Shown piece after piece: positions 20,883 to 30,283 of a stretch of 64,000 bases of DNA (within the stretch, counting starts at the first letter, position 1; every line of letters starts with the position of its first letter). The notes under the pieces were generated by a model that worked only from the letters and a program-made list of their open reading frames with translations, was not told the origin of the DNA and made no database searches. Made by a program: the position numbers and the translations under genes. The stretch lies in IMG/VR virus record IMGVR_UViG_3300035661_000001, positions 387,957-451,956 of that record. The stretch is one strand, 5' to 3'.

Positions 20883-21220
20883 TATACGAAAATTGCCCAA
20901 TCTGTTCAAAAACATTATCAAAACAATCAGAAACTTTAAACCCAGGTTTAATAAGCTGCGAGTCATTCTGCGAAAAAGAAAAAGACCACTCCTTCTTCTC
21001 AAGATGGTTTAATGAAGAACCCAATCAAACGCAAATAATTAAAATTGCTTTCAAAGGTGACTCCAAAATATTTTTGAAACTCAATTACCAATTACAAAAA
21101 AGTTTTATCTGGACAAAACCAAATGACGTACATCCCATTAAAGTATCATTGTTTGAACCAGATTTCTCTGATATCCCAAAACTTAAAAAGAAACTCAAAA
21201 CCCTTCTTCTATTCATATAA
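20879..21220 (+). CDS. CxxC / C-terminal-tag paralog family member
   Basis: CPIC, ends KLKTLLLFI. Confidence 0.7.
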   Translation: MIYENCPICSKTLSKQSETLNPGLISCESFCEKEKDHSFFSRWFNEEPNQTQIIKIAFKGDSKIFLKLNYQLQKSFIWTKPNDVHPIKVSLFEPDFSDIPKLKKKLKTLLLFI

Positions 21221-21222
21221 AT

Positions 21223-21576
21223 ATGAAAATCCCATCCGATTGCCCTATCTGTCATCAATTCCTGTTAAATAAATACATACAAGATGCCAACCAAATCGAT
21301 GTCCTAAAGAAGAAATGCTTCCGCTCTCCCACCCATAATATAGAATATACCTCCCTCCCAAATCAGGACGATTCCCTTAAATCTATCACTCTCACCACCT
21401 TCAATAAACTAGAAATCTCCCATTTCAAATGGGACTTCCAATTAAAAGAATTCACAATCCGTTTCCCCAAAGGAAACTTTACCCAAGAGATAAAACATCT
21501 CCCATTCTTTATTCCCAATTTATCTAATCTCCCAACCCTAATATCAAAAATTAAGAAATACTTAATTTTCTCATGA
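21223..21576 (+). CDS. CxxC / C-terminal-tag paralog family member
   Basis: CPIC, ends KIKKYLIFS. Confidence 0.7.
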   Translation: MKIPSDCPICHQFLLNKYIQDANQIDVLKKKCFRSPTHNIEYTSLPNQDDSLKSITLTTFNKLEISHFKWDFQLKEFTIRFPKGNFTQEIKHLPFFIPNLSNLPTLISKIKKYLIFS

Positions 21577-21589
21577 CATATGATAATGC

Positions 21590-21919
21590 ATGAAGCTACC
21601 CAAATTTTGCCCAATCTGTAATAATAGATTAAAAAAAGATGTCAACCCACAAATAAACTCTAGCAAAATCTGCTGCGCTAAATCCCCAGGACACTATCTC
21701 GGATACCTATTTGACGAAAAATCTCAGCTCACTCACGTCTTCCTTACCCTAGACAATTACTCAAGCATCGAACTACGAACAATCCATAACGAAACAATCT
21801 TCTATTATAACCCCAAATCTAACCTGGATTTTCTCGTCATACCCAAACTCCTAATTCCCGATTTCCCATCCCTCAGTAAACTAAAACAAAAACTATCCAT
21901 CCTAAGGGTGTTTATCTAA
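21590..21919 (+). CDS. CxxC / C-terminal-tag paralog family member
   Basis: CPIC, ends KLSILRVFI. Confidence 0.7.
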   Translation: MKLPKFCPICNNRLKKDVNPQINSSKICCAKSPGHYLGYLFDEKSQLTHVFLTLDNYSSIELRTIHNETIFYYNPKSNLDFLVIPKLLIPDFPSLSKLKQKLSILRVFI

Positions 21920-21942
21920 CCCACCCATCAAGAGGTCTACCC

Positions 21943-22308
21943 TTGAATTGCCCCTCCCTAAATTGCCCGTTCTGTAACAATCCACTGCAATTTAAACTCG
22001 ATAATTATAAATTTGTAAGACAAAACTACTCCCAACCATATTCCTGTACAAAATGTCCAGGAAAACCTACCTTCGCCCTACTCTTCCAACAAGATAAAAT
22101 CCCCCAAGCTATTGATATCTTCCTGCCCGCCAAATATAAAAAACAACGCTATTATATTCACCAAAATTATATAGCCAAATCTACCACCATCTTAAAAAAT
22201 AACTACCCCAAATCTATCATCATAACCTCTCTCCCTATCCTAGATATCTCCCCTAATACATCCCAACATACCCTATATAGAATTCTAAGCAACAAAGCCT
22301 TCCTATGA
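21943..22308 (+). CDS. CxxC / C-terminal-tag paralog family member
   Basis: CPFC...CTKC, ends ILSNKAFL. Confidence 0.65.
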   Translation: MNCPSLNCPFCNNPLQFKLDNYKFVRQNYSQPYSCTKCPGKPTFALLFQQDKIPQAIDIFLPAKYKKQRYYIHQNYIAKSTTILKNNYPKSIIITSLPILDISPNTSQHTLYRILSNKAFL

Positions 22309-22659
22309 CTCCAAATTGCATTTTTTTTGCTCTTCTATCCTAGAAATTACCGAATTATCAAAAAACTCTTCCGTTGCACATTGCCCCCAATGTATGAAAA
22401 TAGAAGAATATTATATTTCTTATTACCTAGAAACTAATAAAAAAATTGACACATGCATGGTTTATCACTCAGACAAAAGTATAAAATACTCTGTCGCCCT
22501 AGACCTAAAACTATACACTATCATCATCACTACCTGGGAAGCAAATGCCCTAGTCGATGCTATCTATTTCCCCTCCCACTATTCAATTCCCTATTCCACC
22601 TAATGGAAATCGCCGGACAATTTGCCCAGCGATTCAATAAAATTAAAGCTTTCCTTTAA
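22305..22659 (+). pseudogene. frameshifted CxxC / KAFL-tag family member
   Basis: ATG 22305 (MTPNC..) is broken by a T8 run at 22321-22328. The body is in the 22316..22603 frame; the C-terminus ...FNKIKAFL is in another frame after a C-rich run near 22570. Confidence 0.55.
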
Positions 22660-23381
22660 TTCATTATTCCCTCACCTCTCAAAAACTCCTGGATCTTATC
22701 CACATGTACAAAAAATACATGCCCAGGGGCATCTCTCATCAGAAAACTACAAATCCCCACCAATCTGCCCTCCATATCAAATACCCCACCACCACTGTTC
22801 CCATGCCAGCCACTCACGTCAACCGCCAAAAACTTATCTCCATCTTCTATCATATCCTCCCTTATACCAGCTACCATACCCTCTAAATAATTATACAACA
22901 TACCTCCAGTATGCCCCATAACTATCACCTTCTCCCCAACTCCTACCCCATTTCCTATCTTAACCCCTTGCCCAACTCCCGATCCATCTATTGCTAACAC
23001 TAACGCCAAATCAGTATCCTCAGATACCGCACTCACTATCCCCCACCTAGCCGGACTTAAACTAATCCCCATCTTAGATATATTTACCTCACTCCTTATC
23101 TTAAATCTAATCAATGATCCAGCTTTAGCCTCATCTTCCTCATCCGTTACACAATGACGAGCCGTTATAAACCTGTCCTTGTCTATCCAAACTCCACCAC
23201 AAATCATCCTCCATCCATCCTTGCTCTCTTTCACTATCAACAATGTCTCCATCTGTAACTCAGGTATCTTATCCATCCCTCCTTCATGCTTGATTTTCAC
23301 TTCCCCCCCACGGCAACAACTTACCAGCCCTATCACCATCAGAACTAACACCATTATCCGAAACCATAATACGTTCCTCAT
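22656..23381 (-). CDS. trypsin-like serine protease with N-terminal signal/lipoprotein-like peptide
   Basis: TARHC, DLAL, GNSGG catalytic triad motifs; hydrophobic N-terminus ending in SCC. Confidence 0.88.
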   Translation of the reverse strand: MRNVLWFRIMVLVLMVIGLVSCCRGGEVKIKHEGGMDKIPELQMETLLIVKESKDGWRMICGGVWIDKDRFITARHCVTDEEDEAKAGSLIRFKIRSEVNISKMGISLSPARWGIVSAVSEDTDLALVLAIDGSGVGQGVKIGNGVGVGEKVIVMGHTGGMLYNYLEGMVAGIREDMIEDGDKFLAVDVSGWHGNSGGGVFDMEGRLVGICSFLMRDAPGHVFFVHVDKIQEFLRGEGIMN

Positions 23382-23633
23382 GATCTTATCCCGTTCTCTC
23401 CACCGCTCCCTATCAATTATATGTATTTATCAACTTATTAAAGTTTTAATTCAATTGCCCTATACATAATTTTAATAGATACTTTCAAAAATCCTTATTA
23501 GTAGTTTTTTTCATTTTGTTTGTTTTAATTCAAATTAACCGTTTTGAATTCGATATTTTCCATTTTAGGTCATATATTTGGTATTTTTTATTCTCTTTTA
23601 GTTACATTTAATTCTTCCTACCCCCTTTTGGGA

Positions 23634-23649
23634 GGCAAACCCCGTGCCA
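23634..23649 (-). promoter_or_regulatory. single sigma-54 (-24/-12) promoter facing the protease gene
   Basis: - strand TGGCACGGGGTTTGCC (GG-N10-GC). Confidence 0.6.
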
Positions 23650-23854
23650 ACACCTGACCCATCCCAGCCTTTTCCCGCCACCCCCATTGCCCATCAGTTG
23701 TTCCATCCCATCCCAAACAAAGGTCATACAATAGATTTATTAATCTATTCTTTCCGTTGACACTGTTTATTCTTTTCTTTTCCCATCCTATCAATGATTT
23801 TCTTTTCTATCTTCTTTTAGTACAGCCCATCCGTCAAACATCCCAAATCATACC

Positions 23855-24019
23855 ATGATCACCATCCTCATCACGTTTTTCGGTGTTACCACCACGGAAA
23901 CGGTGCCCGATCAGCCCATCCAGCGCCGTCGTGCTGCTGATCTGCTGATGAAGGTAGCTCTCGCGGACGGCAAAGGCGCCGGGCACCGCGACGGATGCGA
24001 TCCCATCACGGTCGGTTGA
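23855..24019 (+). CDS. small hypothetical protein
   Basis: 54 aa ORF MITILITFFG..., first gene of the GC-rich block. Confidence 0.45.
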   Translation: MITILITFFGVTTTETVPDQPIQRRRAADLLMKVALADGKGAGHRDGCDPITVG

Positions 24020-24139
24020 GCTATCATGGCGCGACTCCTCGATAGGATGCTGGGTTACTGGAGCAAGCTGGATGACTGGAGCACTAAGGTAGAGACCTAC
24101 CTGCTCTACACCCATCGCAAGTTCTGATCGGAGAAAGTC

Positions 24140-24493
<354 letters not shown>

Positions 24494-24714
24494 ATGGTTC
24501 CAGTCGAGACCCATCCTCTTACGTAGTGGGTGAATGTCATGCTCGCAATCTACAACGCTCGCGCCTTCCTTGTCGCGAACCTCACAACCTCACGTGGTTG
24601 GGACGGCTGGAATCCTCGGGGCGGACCCTGATAATCCACATCGATTACACCATCAACGGAAAGCGGGCGACCTTCACCGACTACCGCTTCGAGCTGGTCA
24701 GCAAGTAGTGTACC

Positions 24715-24755
24715 AAGGGCGGAGCCTCCGGGCTGCCGCCCTTTCACTTTTCTTT
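24715..24755 (+). terminator. intrinsic terminator
   Basis: GGGCGGAGCC-TCCG-GGCTGCCGCCC + T-rich tail; near-identical to 25673-25702. Confidence 0.8.
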
Positions 24756-24763
24756 CCCGGTAG

Positions 24764-24855
24764 TGGCACGCCGATTGCAATATACACTTCCTGTGCCAAT
24801 CAAGATAGCATCATAGGTTATGGCATTAGGTTTGCATTAAGCAAGTTGCTTGCCA
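24764..24855. promoter_or_regulatory. two head-to-head sigma-54 palindromes
   Basis: TGGCACGCCGATTGCA-ata-TACACTTCCTGTGCCA (24764-24798) and TGGCATTAGGTTTGCA-tta-AGCAAGTTGCTTGCCA (24821-24855). Confidence 0.8.
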
Positions 24856-24913
24856 TGCTCTGCTGGTCCCCAGCGAGCTCGATCCCATCCTCCCCTAGTG
24901 TTCTGCTATTAGC

Positions 24914-25195
24914 ATGAACACCCTGCAAAACATCCTCTCGACCCTCGCCGCTCTTCACACCGCGGATGCCGCAGTGACCGCGCTCCCCGTTGATGCTTCC
25001 GACGGTGAGGAAGATTCTCTCATGGCGGAATTCACCGCCGCAGAAACTGCGCTGTGGCACATGGCTCCGGCGTGGTTCAAAGATGCCGCGAGCGTCGGCG
25101 GGCTTCATGGCACGGGTCTTGCCGGCGATCCGGTCTTCTGGGCTCTAGATGACGTGGCGGAGCTTTGCGCCATATTGGCAATCGCCGCGCTCTAG
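24914..25195 (+). CDS. hypothetical protein (similar N-terminus to 25409..25666)
   Basis: MNTLQNILSTLAAL vs MSYLVKLNQVLATLAAV. Confidence 0.65.
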   Translation: MNTLQNILSTLAALHTADAAVTALPVDASDGEEDSLMAEFTAAETALWHMAPAWFKDAASVGGLHGTGLAGDPVFWALDDVAELCAILAIAAL

Positions 25196-25408
25196 CAACA
25201 AGCATGCCAAGGAGAGCTCGCTCGGGCTCTCCTTCCGGTTCGCAGTGCAAGACTGCTACGTCGTTGGTGACGAGATCGTGCTTGACGTCGAGCACCTTGT
25301 GGGCGGTGAATGGCGCCCGATCTTCATCTTCAGCGTCAAGGAAGCGGAGGAGCGAATCTTTACGCTGCCCATCTAGAGTCCCATCCTGTATTGGCTGACG
25401 GGTATGGC

Positions 25409-25666
25409 ATGAGCTACCTCGTCAAGCTGAATCAAGTTCTCGCGACCCTCGCAGCCGTTGACTCTTCCGTCTTCACTGGAACGGAGGATGAGATGGCTCT
25501 GTGGGACGCGGTGATCGAAGCAATCATCGAAATCGTCCGCCTTGATCCGACGGCGGCGAAGTTCACGGCTGGCATGGATCCTGCCGCCATCTGGCAATTC
25601 GCGCAGGAATCCGATTTTGATTCTTGGCGCGATGTCGCCGCCAGGATCGACGTATCAAGCAAGTAA
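25409..25666 (+). CDS. hypothetical protein
   Basis: 85 aa, acidic, followed by terminator. Confidence 0.65.
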   Translation: MSYLVKLNQVLATLAAVDSSVFTGTEDEMALWDAVIEAIIEIVRLDPTAAKFTAGMDPAAIWQFAQESDFDSWRDVAARIDVSSK

Positions 25667-25672
25667 CGTGCC

Positions 25673-25702
25673 AAGGGTGGAGCCTCCGGGCTACCACCCT
25701 TT
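25673..25702 (+). terminator. intrinsic terminator
   Basis: AAGGGTGGAGCC-TCCG-GGCTACCACCCTTT. Confidence 0.8.
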
Positions 25703-25720
25703 CGGTTTACCGTTCTACTG

Positions 25721-25755
25721 TGGTACGAGGTTTGCATAATGCAATTAGCTAGCCA
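25721..25755. promoter_or_regulatory. head-to-head sigma-54 palindrome
   Basis: TGGTACGAGGTTTGCA-taa-TGCAATTAGCTAGCCA. Confidence 0.75.
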
Positions 25756-25813
25756 ACTCCGGAGTACAAGCTAGAGAGCTCGGTCCCATCCTCTAACAGA
25801 TATCGGCAGTGAC

Positions 25814-26143
25814 ATGGCAACTCACCTGATGGTTCTCGGTAATCACGAAGCTGTCAACGCGTCTCTCTTCAACCCCAACCGTTACAGTTTCCGGTGGAAT
25901 GCGGATCACACGGCGTTCGAGCCCATCCTCGCCCGGTACTGGGACGATGCCAGCTACATCGCGAAGCGCTCACGCGACACCGCCCCGGAATGGAAGAAGC
26001 CCATCGCCGAGCCGGATTTCCATGAGAGGAGCTGGCTCGCGTTCCAGGCTTTCATGCACGATCCCATCGATGATGTGCAGGAGCCCGAGTTCTTCCCGCG
26101 TGACGCGACGGAGACGATGCCTGCCGATCACATGTGGTTCTGA
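25814..26143 (+). CDS. hypothetical protein
   Basis: 109 aa, GC3-rich codon pattern. Confidence 0.7.
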   Translation: MATHLMVLGNHEAVNASLFNPNRYSFRWNADHTAFEPILARYWDDASYIAKRSRDTAPEWKKPIAEPDFHERSWLAFQAFMHDPIDDVQEPEFFPRDATETMPADHMWF

Positions 26144-26178
26144 GAGATTCCCATCCTTCCACGAGGAGAGCCTGAATC

Positions 26179-26355
26179 ATGCAAACGCCTTCCATCAAGC
26201 ATCCCGAGAGCAACCACCTTTTCGCCCGGCGCGCCGCCGAGGATCAGATCCTCGTCGCTGGAGCCGGCACCTTCGCCACCGTCGAGGATGGCAAGCTGTT
26301 CACCACACCAATCGCCGCTCCCGATCAGTTCGCGAAGTGGCGCCCGGTCCAGTGA
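26179..26355 (+). CDS. small hypothetical protein
   Basis: 58 aa MQTPSIKHPE..., GAGGAG RBS, followed by terminator hairpin 26361-26390. Confidence 0.6.
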   Translation: MQTPSIKHPESNHLFARRAAEDQILVAGAGTFATVEDGKLFTTPIAAPDQFAKWRPVQ

Positions 26356-26402
26356 GGGGAGGGAGAGGATCGCCTCTCCCCTTCTCTTTTGCCGTTCTGT
26401 CA

Positions 26403-26508
26403 TGGCACACTGTTTGCAAACTGCGAGAGTTATGCCATTCGCTATTCCCGAATCGCGAATCACGGCTAGCCGTTGGCATGGGTTGTGCAATATGCAATGT
26501 CGAAGCCA
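26403..26508. promoter_or_regulatory. two head-to-head sigma-54 palindromes
   Basis: TGGCACACTGTTTGCA-aac-TGCGAGAGTTATGCCA (26403-26437) and TGGCATGGGTTGTGCA-ata-TGCAATGTCGAAGCCA (26474-26508). Confidence 0.8.
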
Positions 26509-26793
26509 AGCCCGGATCGGACCCTCCGGGCGCACTAAGAGGAGACCGGCGACCCATCCTCTAACAGGATCCCCGAGGACTACCGGCAACGCTGCGAAAG
26601 CGAAGCTGGACTCGGGTGGAACGCTCCCCGGTCCCAAGCTGCAAGAGCAGGGTCCAAACGGTGCGGCACCGTCAACAACGCCGCGGCGATAGGGAATACC
26701 TACCGCACCCTAATCGGAGGAGAGAGAGACCCATCCCCGAAAGGGGTTCTCCAAAGGGGTCAGTCACTCTCCAACCAAAAAGGATTCACCGCC

Positions 26794-28125
26794 ATGAACT
26801 CCCTCACGTCGCTCTCTTCCGCCGTCGCTCTCCCCGATAACTCCGCGTTCTTCGCGGATCTCCTCTCCGATGATCCCGAGATTCGGGCGCTGCTGGACGC
26901 GGCGTATGGTAAGGGTAGCACCAAAGTGCCCGGCGTCACCGTGACCCGCTCCGGTAGCCTCAACGCCCGTCCCCTCATCGGCGGGATCAAGCCCGGCGGA
27001 CGCAAGTCCCGTGCCAACGGCGATAAGCCCGCTCGGGCTCCGAAGGCGGACAAGCCCGCCAAGGAAGCGAAGGTGGAGCCCATCCTCGTCGAGCTGACGT
27101 GGAAGTCCAACGGTTCGGGCGCTGCCCGCTTCCTGGAAGCTCTCTCAATGGCGGGGAAGCGGTTCCGCTGCTACGAGACGGATGGTGTTGACGTGGTTTC
27201 CGGCGAGTGTCACTCGGCGGGAGATCCCGTCCTCGCCTCCAACGGCGCCCCTCTCACGTACTTCGCTGGCGACATCGCCCAGCGGTCCGACGAGCGCGCC
27301 GCGATCGAAGCCTGCTTCGACGGCTCCTCGCGCTCCGAAGCGCTCGGGACGCAACTGGATCAAGCGCGCATGCTCGCCCAAACGGCGATACGGCGCGGCA
27401 TGTCGGGCAAGGTCGAGCACCGCGCCTTTCACTACAGCGGGATCGACAATTCCCCGCGCACCGTGGTTCACGCGGTGTATCACACGGGCGTCGTCGCCTC
27501 GGCTCACCCCTGGCGTTCTCCGGATGCTCACTCGGCGATCTGGTCGGTCGAGGGTTACGTGAAGGGACTCCCCCGTCCCATCCAGAAGCTGCTCGGGGAC
27601 ATGTGTGCCCGTGAGCGTCTGGCGACCGACGAGGTGATCACGCTGGGCAAGCTCCGCGCCTTCGTGGTCGCGGAGGATCAGGAGAGCTTCGAGTCTCTCA
27701 TGAACCGGGAGTACCCCTCGTCAAAGGAGATCGAGACCATCTTCGCCCTGGATGGCATCACGGTTCAGGACTACACGGTGGTCGAGAAGCTGCACCCGGT
27801 CGTGGTCGCTCTCAAGCGCGAGCGTGGCATGAGACTCCTCGACCGTCTCGCCAAGCTGGAAACGTTCGCGGCGATCCGTCTCGCTGAGGTTCAGCGCAAG
27901 ATCGATGCCGTCGAGGGCGGCGATACCGCCAAGTCGATCGCCGACATGTACGCCGAAGCGGACGCATGCGGATCGATCGCGACGCTGGAGGAAAGTATCC
28001 TGTCCTGCTACGATCCGCAGGCGCGCATGTACTACACCCTGCCCGTGGGCACGGTGATCCCCGCCGGTCCCATCGAGCGCCTCGCGGCGCACCTCGCCGA
28101 GCACAGCCTGGATCTCACGAAGTGA
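26794..28125 (+). CDS. large hypothetical protein
   Basis: 443 aa, strong GC3 bias; no recognisable motif. Confidence 0.85.
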   Translation: MNSLTSLSSAVALPDNSAFFADLLSDDPEIRALLDAAYGKGSTKVPGVTVTRSGSLNARPLIGGIKPGGRKSRANGDKPARAPKADKPAKEAKVEPILVELTWKSNGSGAARFLEALSMAGKRFRCYETDGVDVVSGECHSAGDPVLASNGAPLTYFAGDIAQRSDERAAIEACFDGSSRSEALGTQLDQARMLAQTAIRRGMSGKVEHRAFHYSGIDNSPRTVVHAVYHTGVVASAHPWRSPDAHSAIWSVEGYVKGLPRPIQKLLGDMCARERLATDEVITLGKLRAFVVAEDQESFESLMNREYPSSKEIETIFALDGITVQDYTVVEKLHPVVVALKRERGMRLLDRLAKLETFAAIRLAEVQRKIDAVEGGDTAKSIADMYAEADACGSIATLEESILSCYDPQARMYYTLPVGTVIPAGPIERLAAHLAEHSLDLTK

Positions 28126-28351
28126 TCCCGCCGGGGAGGGTTCGCCCTCCCCATTCTCACCCGGACGGATAGGCGAGCGCCTATCCGTCCCCTCCCTGGG
28201 ATCGATCCCATCGGAGAGGAGAGAGGCGGCTCACAAGCGCTGGCGGGCGGGCGTGAGTATCTTAACGCGCACGTCTCTCTTCTCTCCGCTGCGACCCATC
28301 CTTGGAGCACAGCACCGGCTAACCCATCCTCATTCACACGTGGAGAAGGTC

Positions 28352-28546
28352 ATGCAACATCTCATCATCGGGTTTCTCATGGGCGGCGCCATCCTGGCGA
28401 TCGAGCAGGCGGACCGGCAGATCGTCCCGATTCTCACCGGCGTCCCCATCACTTCCGAGACGCGCTGGATCAGCGCGGACGCCTACAACCGGGCGGGCGA
28501 GTTCCTCTCCGAGTGCGAAAGCCGCACCGGCTGCTTCACCTCCTGA
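28352..28546 (+). CDS. hypothetical protein
   Basis: GGAG RBS, 64 aa. Confidence 0.6.
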   Translation: MQHLIIGFLMGGAILAIEQADRQIVPILTGVPITSETRWISADAYNRAGEFLSECESRTGCFTS

Positions 28547-28735
28547 TCCCATCCCCAGCTACGTCGAGGTTCCTCATGAATGATCGAATGGGTACGTACG
28601 TCACCACGGTCGTGGGCGGACGCCTGTGCATCAACGACGGGGTCGGCTGGCATCCCATCAGCGCCGCCTGGCTCGCCCAGCACGGCTGCTTGTTCCGCAA
28701 GCGGTAACCAATCCCATCCTCTGAGGAGACTCCAC

Positions 28736-29053
28736 ATGTGGAGAGACGATGAGATCAACAGGCTGGATCATCCAGCCCCCGACGGATATGTCCGCGTGGC
28801 TGCGGAAGATCCTCCCATCGACAAGGATGACGACTACGCTCTCATCATCTGCCACGTCGTTTCCTGGCTCGGGAAAGGTTTCATGCCGGCGGTTCGATAC
28901 TTCGATCGCTCCGGCACCTTTCGTCCCTGCCACAACGGCGACGCCCATCGCGGAGAGGATCGAGCTGCCTATGACTCCGCTGTCACGGAAGGGCGCAAGA
29001 TCCTCGCCGACATGCAAGCGCTCACGAAGTCCCACACGTCTCCCATCTCCTGA
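28736..29053 (+). CDS. hypothetical protein
   Basis: GAGGAG RBS, 105 aa. Confidence 0.65.
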   Translation: MWRDDEINRLDHPAPDGYVRVAAEDPPIDKDDDYALIICHVVSWLGKGFMPAVRYFDRSGTFRPCHNGDAHRGEDRAAYDSAVTEGRKILADMQALTKSHTSPIS

Positions 29054-29060
29054 GGACGCC

Positions 29061-29294
29061 ATGAACCAGAACAGCAAGACCGCGCCCGTTCGCAACGCCA
29101 CCCACGACGAGGCTCTTCTCGCCGACGAGGCGAAGTATGCCCCCGGCGGACGTGTCCCCGCCCATCTCCAGGTCGACGACTACGAACCCGCGGGCTTCAC
29201 TCGCATCACTCGTGCTCGCCCGAGCAAGCGCGCCCAGAGCGCGGAGCGCGAGCGGTTCGACACGCGCCGGCAGCCGCGCGAAGGCAAGTACTGA
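29061..29294 (+). CDS. hypothetical basic protein
   Basis: GAGG RBS, 77 aa. Confidence 0.65.
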   Translation: MNQNSKTAPVRNATHDEALLADEAKYAPGGRVPAHLQVDDYEPAGFTRITRARPSKRAQSAERERFDTRRQPREGKY

Positions 29295-29447
29295 TCCCAT
29301 CGGGGATGTAGGTCTCGGGTTGGTAAGGCTGGATCATAGGCACTTCGGTGCCCCCGCACCAATCTTTGCTCTCTCTATAGGAGAGGGGTAAGAAAGGTTT
29401 TGAACGGCGGTTGAGTCCAGCGCTCGAAACTGAACGCATGTTTCTGC

Positions 29448-29525
29448 GGGGTCTTCCCATCGATGGTTAGAGTCCTGCCGTCAAACGTAGGATGGTGCGG
29501 GTTCGACTCCCGCAAGACTCCACCA
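29448..29525 (+). tRNA. tRNA-like element, anticodon undetermined
   Basis: GGGGTCT/AGACTCC acceptor + ACCA, T-arm GCGGG-TTCGACT-CCCGC; 8-nt anticodon loop CGTCAAAC; poor D-arm containing CCCATC. Confidence 0.55.
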
Positions 29526-29716
29526 AGAAGATCACGTGAAGTATCTTCGTACATCCCATCAACGACGACGCGACCGCGGAGTCAAGGCTCGACACCGCGA
29601 ACCGGGGATGCGTTGGAACCGTCGCAAGGACAATCCTTCACCAAAGCCCGCCACGGCTACGCCTGATGTTCAGGAACACACCTAAATCCCATCTCACCAA
29701 CCTTCGGCACGAGGTC

Positions 29717-30112
29717 ATGATGAATCAGATCAGCGAAAAGGCGAAAGCGTTCAAGGCGGCAATGGTGGCGAAGCGAGCCAAGGAGAAGCTCCAGACCGCC
29801 CATCGAGATGAGCAGCACGCCAAGCGTACCGAGGCGGGTTACGTCGACACCGCGCAGAGCGAGCGCGCCGACGACTTCGACTGCGCCCGAGCCTGGGACG
29901 CCATGGAGGCGTCCGCGGAGAAGACCTCCCATCGACACTCCGCGAAGCACGAGGCGCAGGTCGCCCGTCTCGCCGCCGCGCAGCAGGCACGGGTCGCCCG
30001 CGGGGAAGCGGACCCCGAGCCCATCCCGGTCAACGACCGCAGCCACAACGAGCCCTTCCCGGTCGTGGAGTACAGCCCGGTCCGCGTCGCGCCGGATTTC
30101 GACGAAGAGTGA
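29717..30112 (+). CDS. hypothetical protein
   Basis: GAGG RBS, 131 aa, followed by terminator 30120-30160. Confidence 0.7.
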   Translation: MMNQISEKAKAFKAAMVAKRAKEKLQTAHRDEQHAKRTEAGYVDTAQSERADDFDCARAWDAMEASAEKTSHRHSAKHEAQVARLAAAQQARVARGEADPEPIPVNDRSHNEPFPVVEYSPVRVAPDFDEE

Positions 30113-30166
30113 TCACCTGCCCCGGCGCCGAAAGGTTCCGGGGCTTCGCTCTTTTCTTTTCTGTCT

Positions 30167-30242
30167 TGGCACGGGCTTTGCAATATACACTTCTCATGCC
30201 AACCCAATGGCACATCTTTTGCAATCTGCAATGTCCGGTCCA
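30167..30242. promoter_or_regulatory. two head-to-head sigma-54 palindromes
   Basis: TGGCACGGGCTTTGCA-ata-TACACTTCTCATGCCA (30167-30201) and TGGCACATCTTTTGCA-atc-TGCAATGTCCGGTCCA (30208-30242). Confidence 0.8.
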
Positions 30243-30283
30243 AACCCCGGAGCACCCATCCTCTAGAAGCCCCCGGCTAACCC

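Noticed and set aside
23380-23860. Chimeric join of two unrelated genomes
   Set aside because: Not favoured, because same-strand CCCATC copies and a sigma-54 box occur left of the GC shift and tRNA content fits the AT half. It cannot be excluded without reads.
29448-29525. Selenocysteine or opal-suppressor tRNA (TCA in loop)
   Set aside because: The 8-nt loop is ambiguous (GTC/TCA/CAA), and there is no long variable arm or extended acceptor typical of tRNA-Sec.
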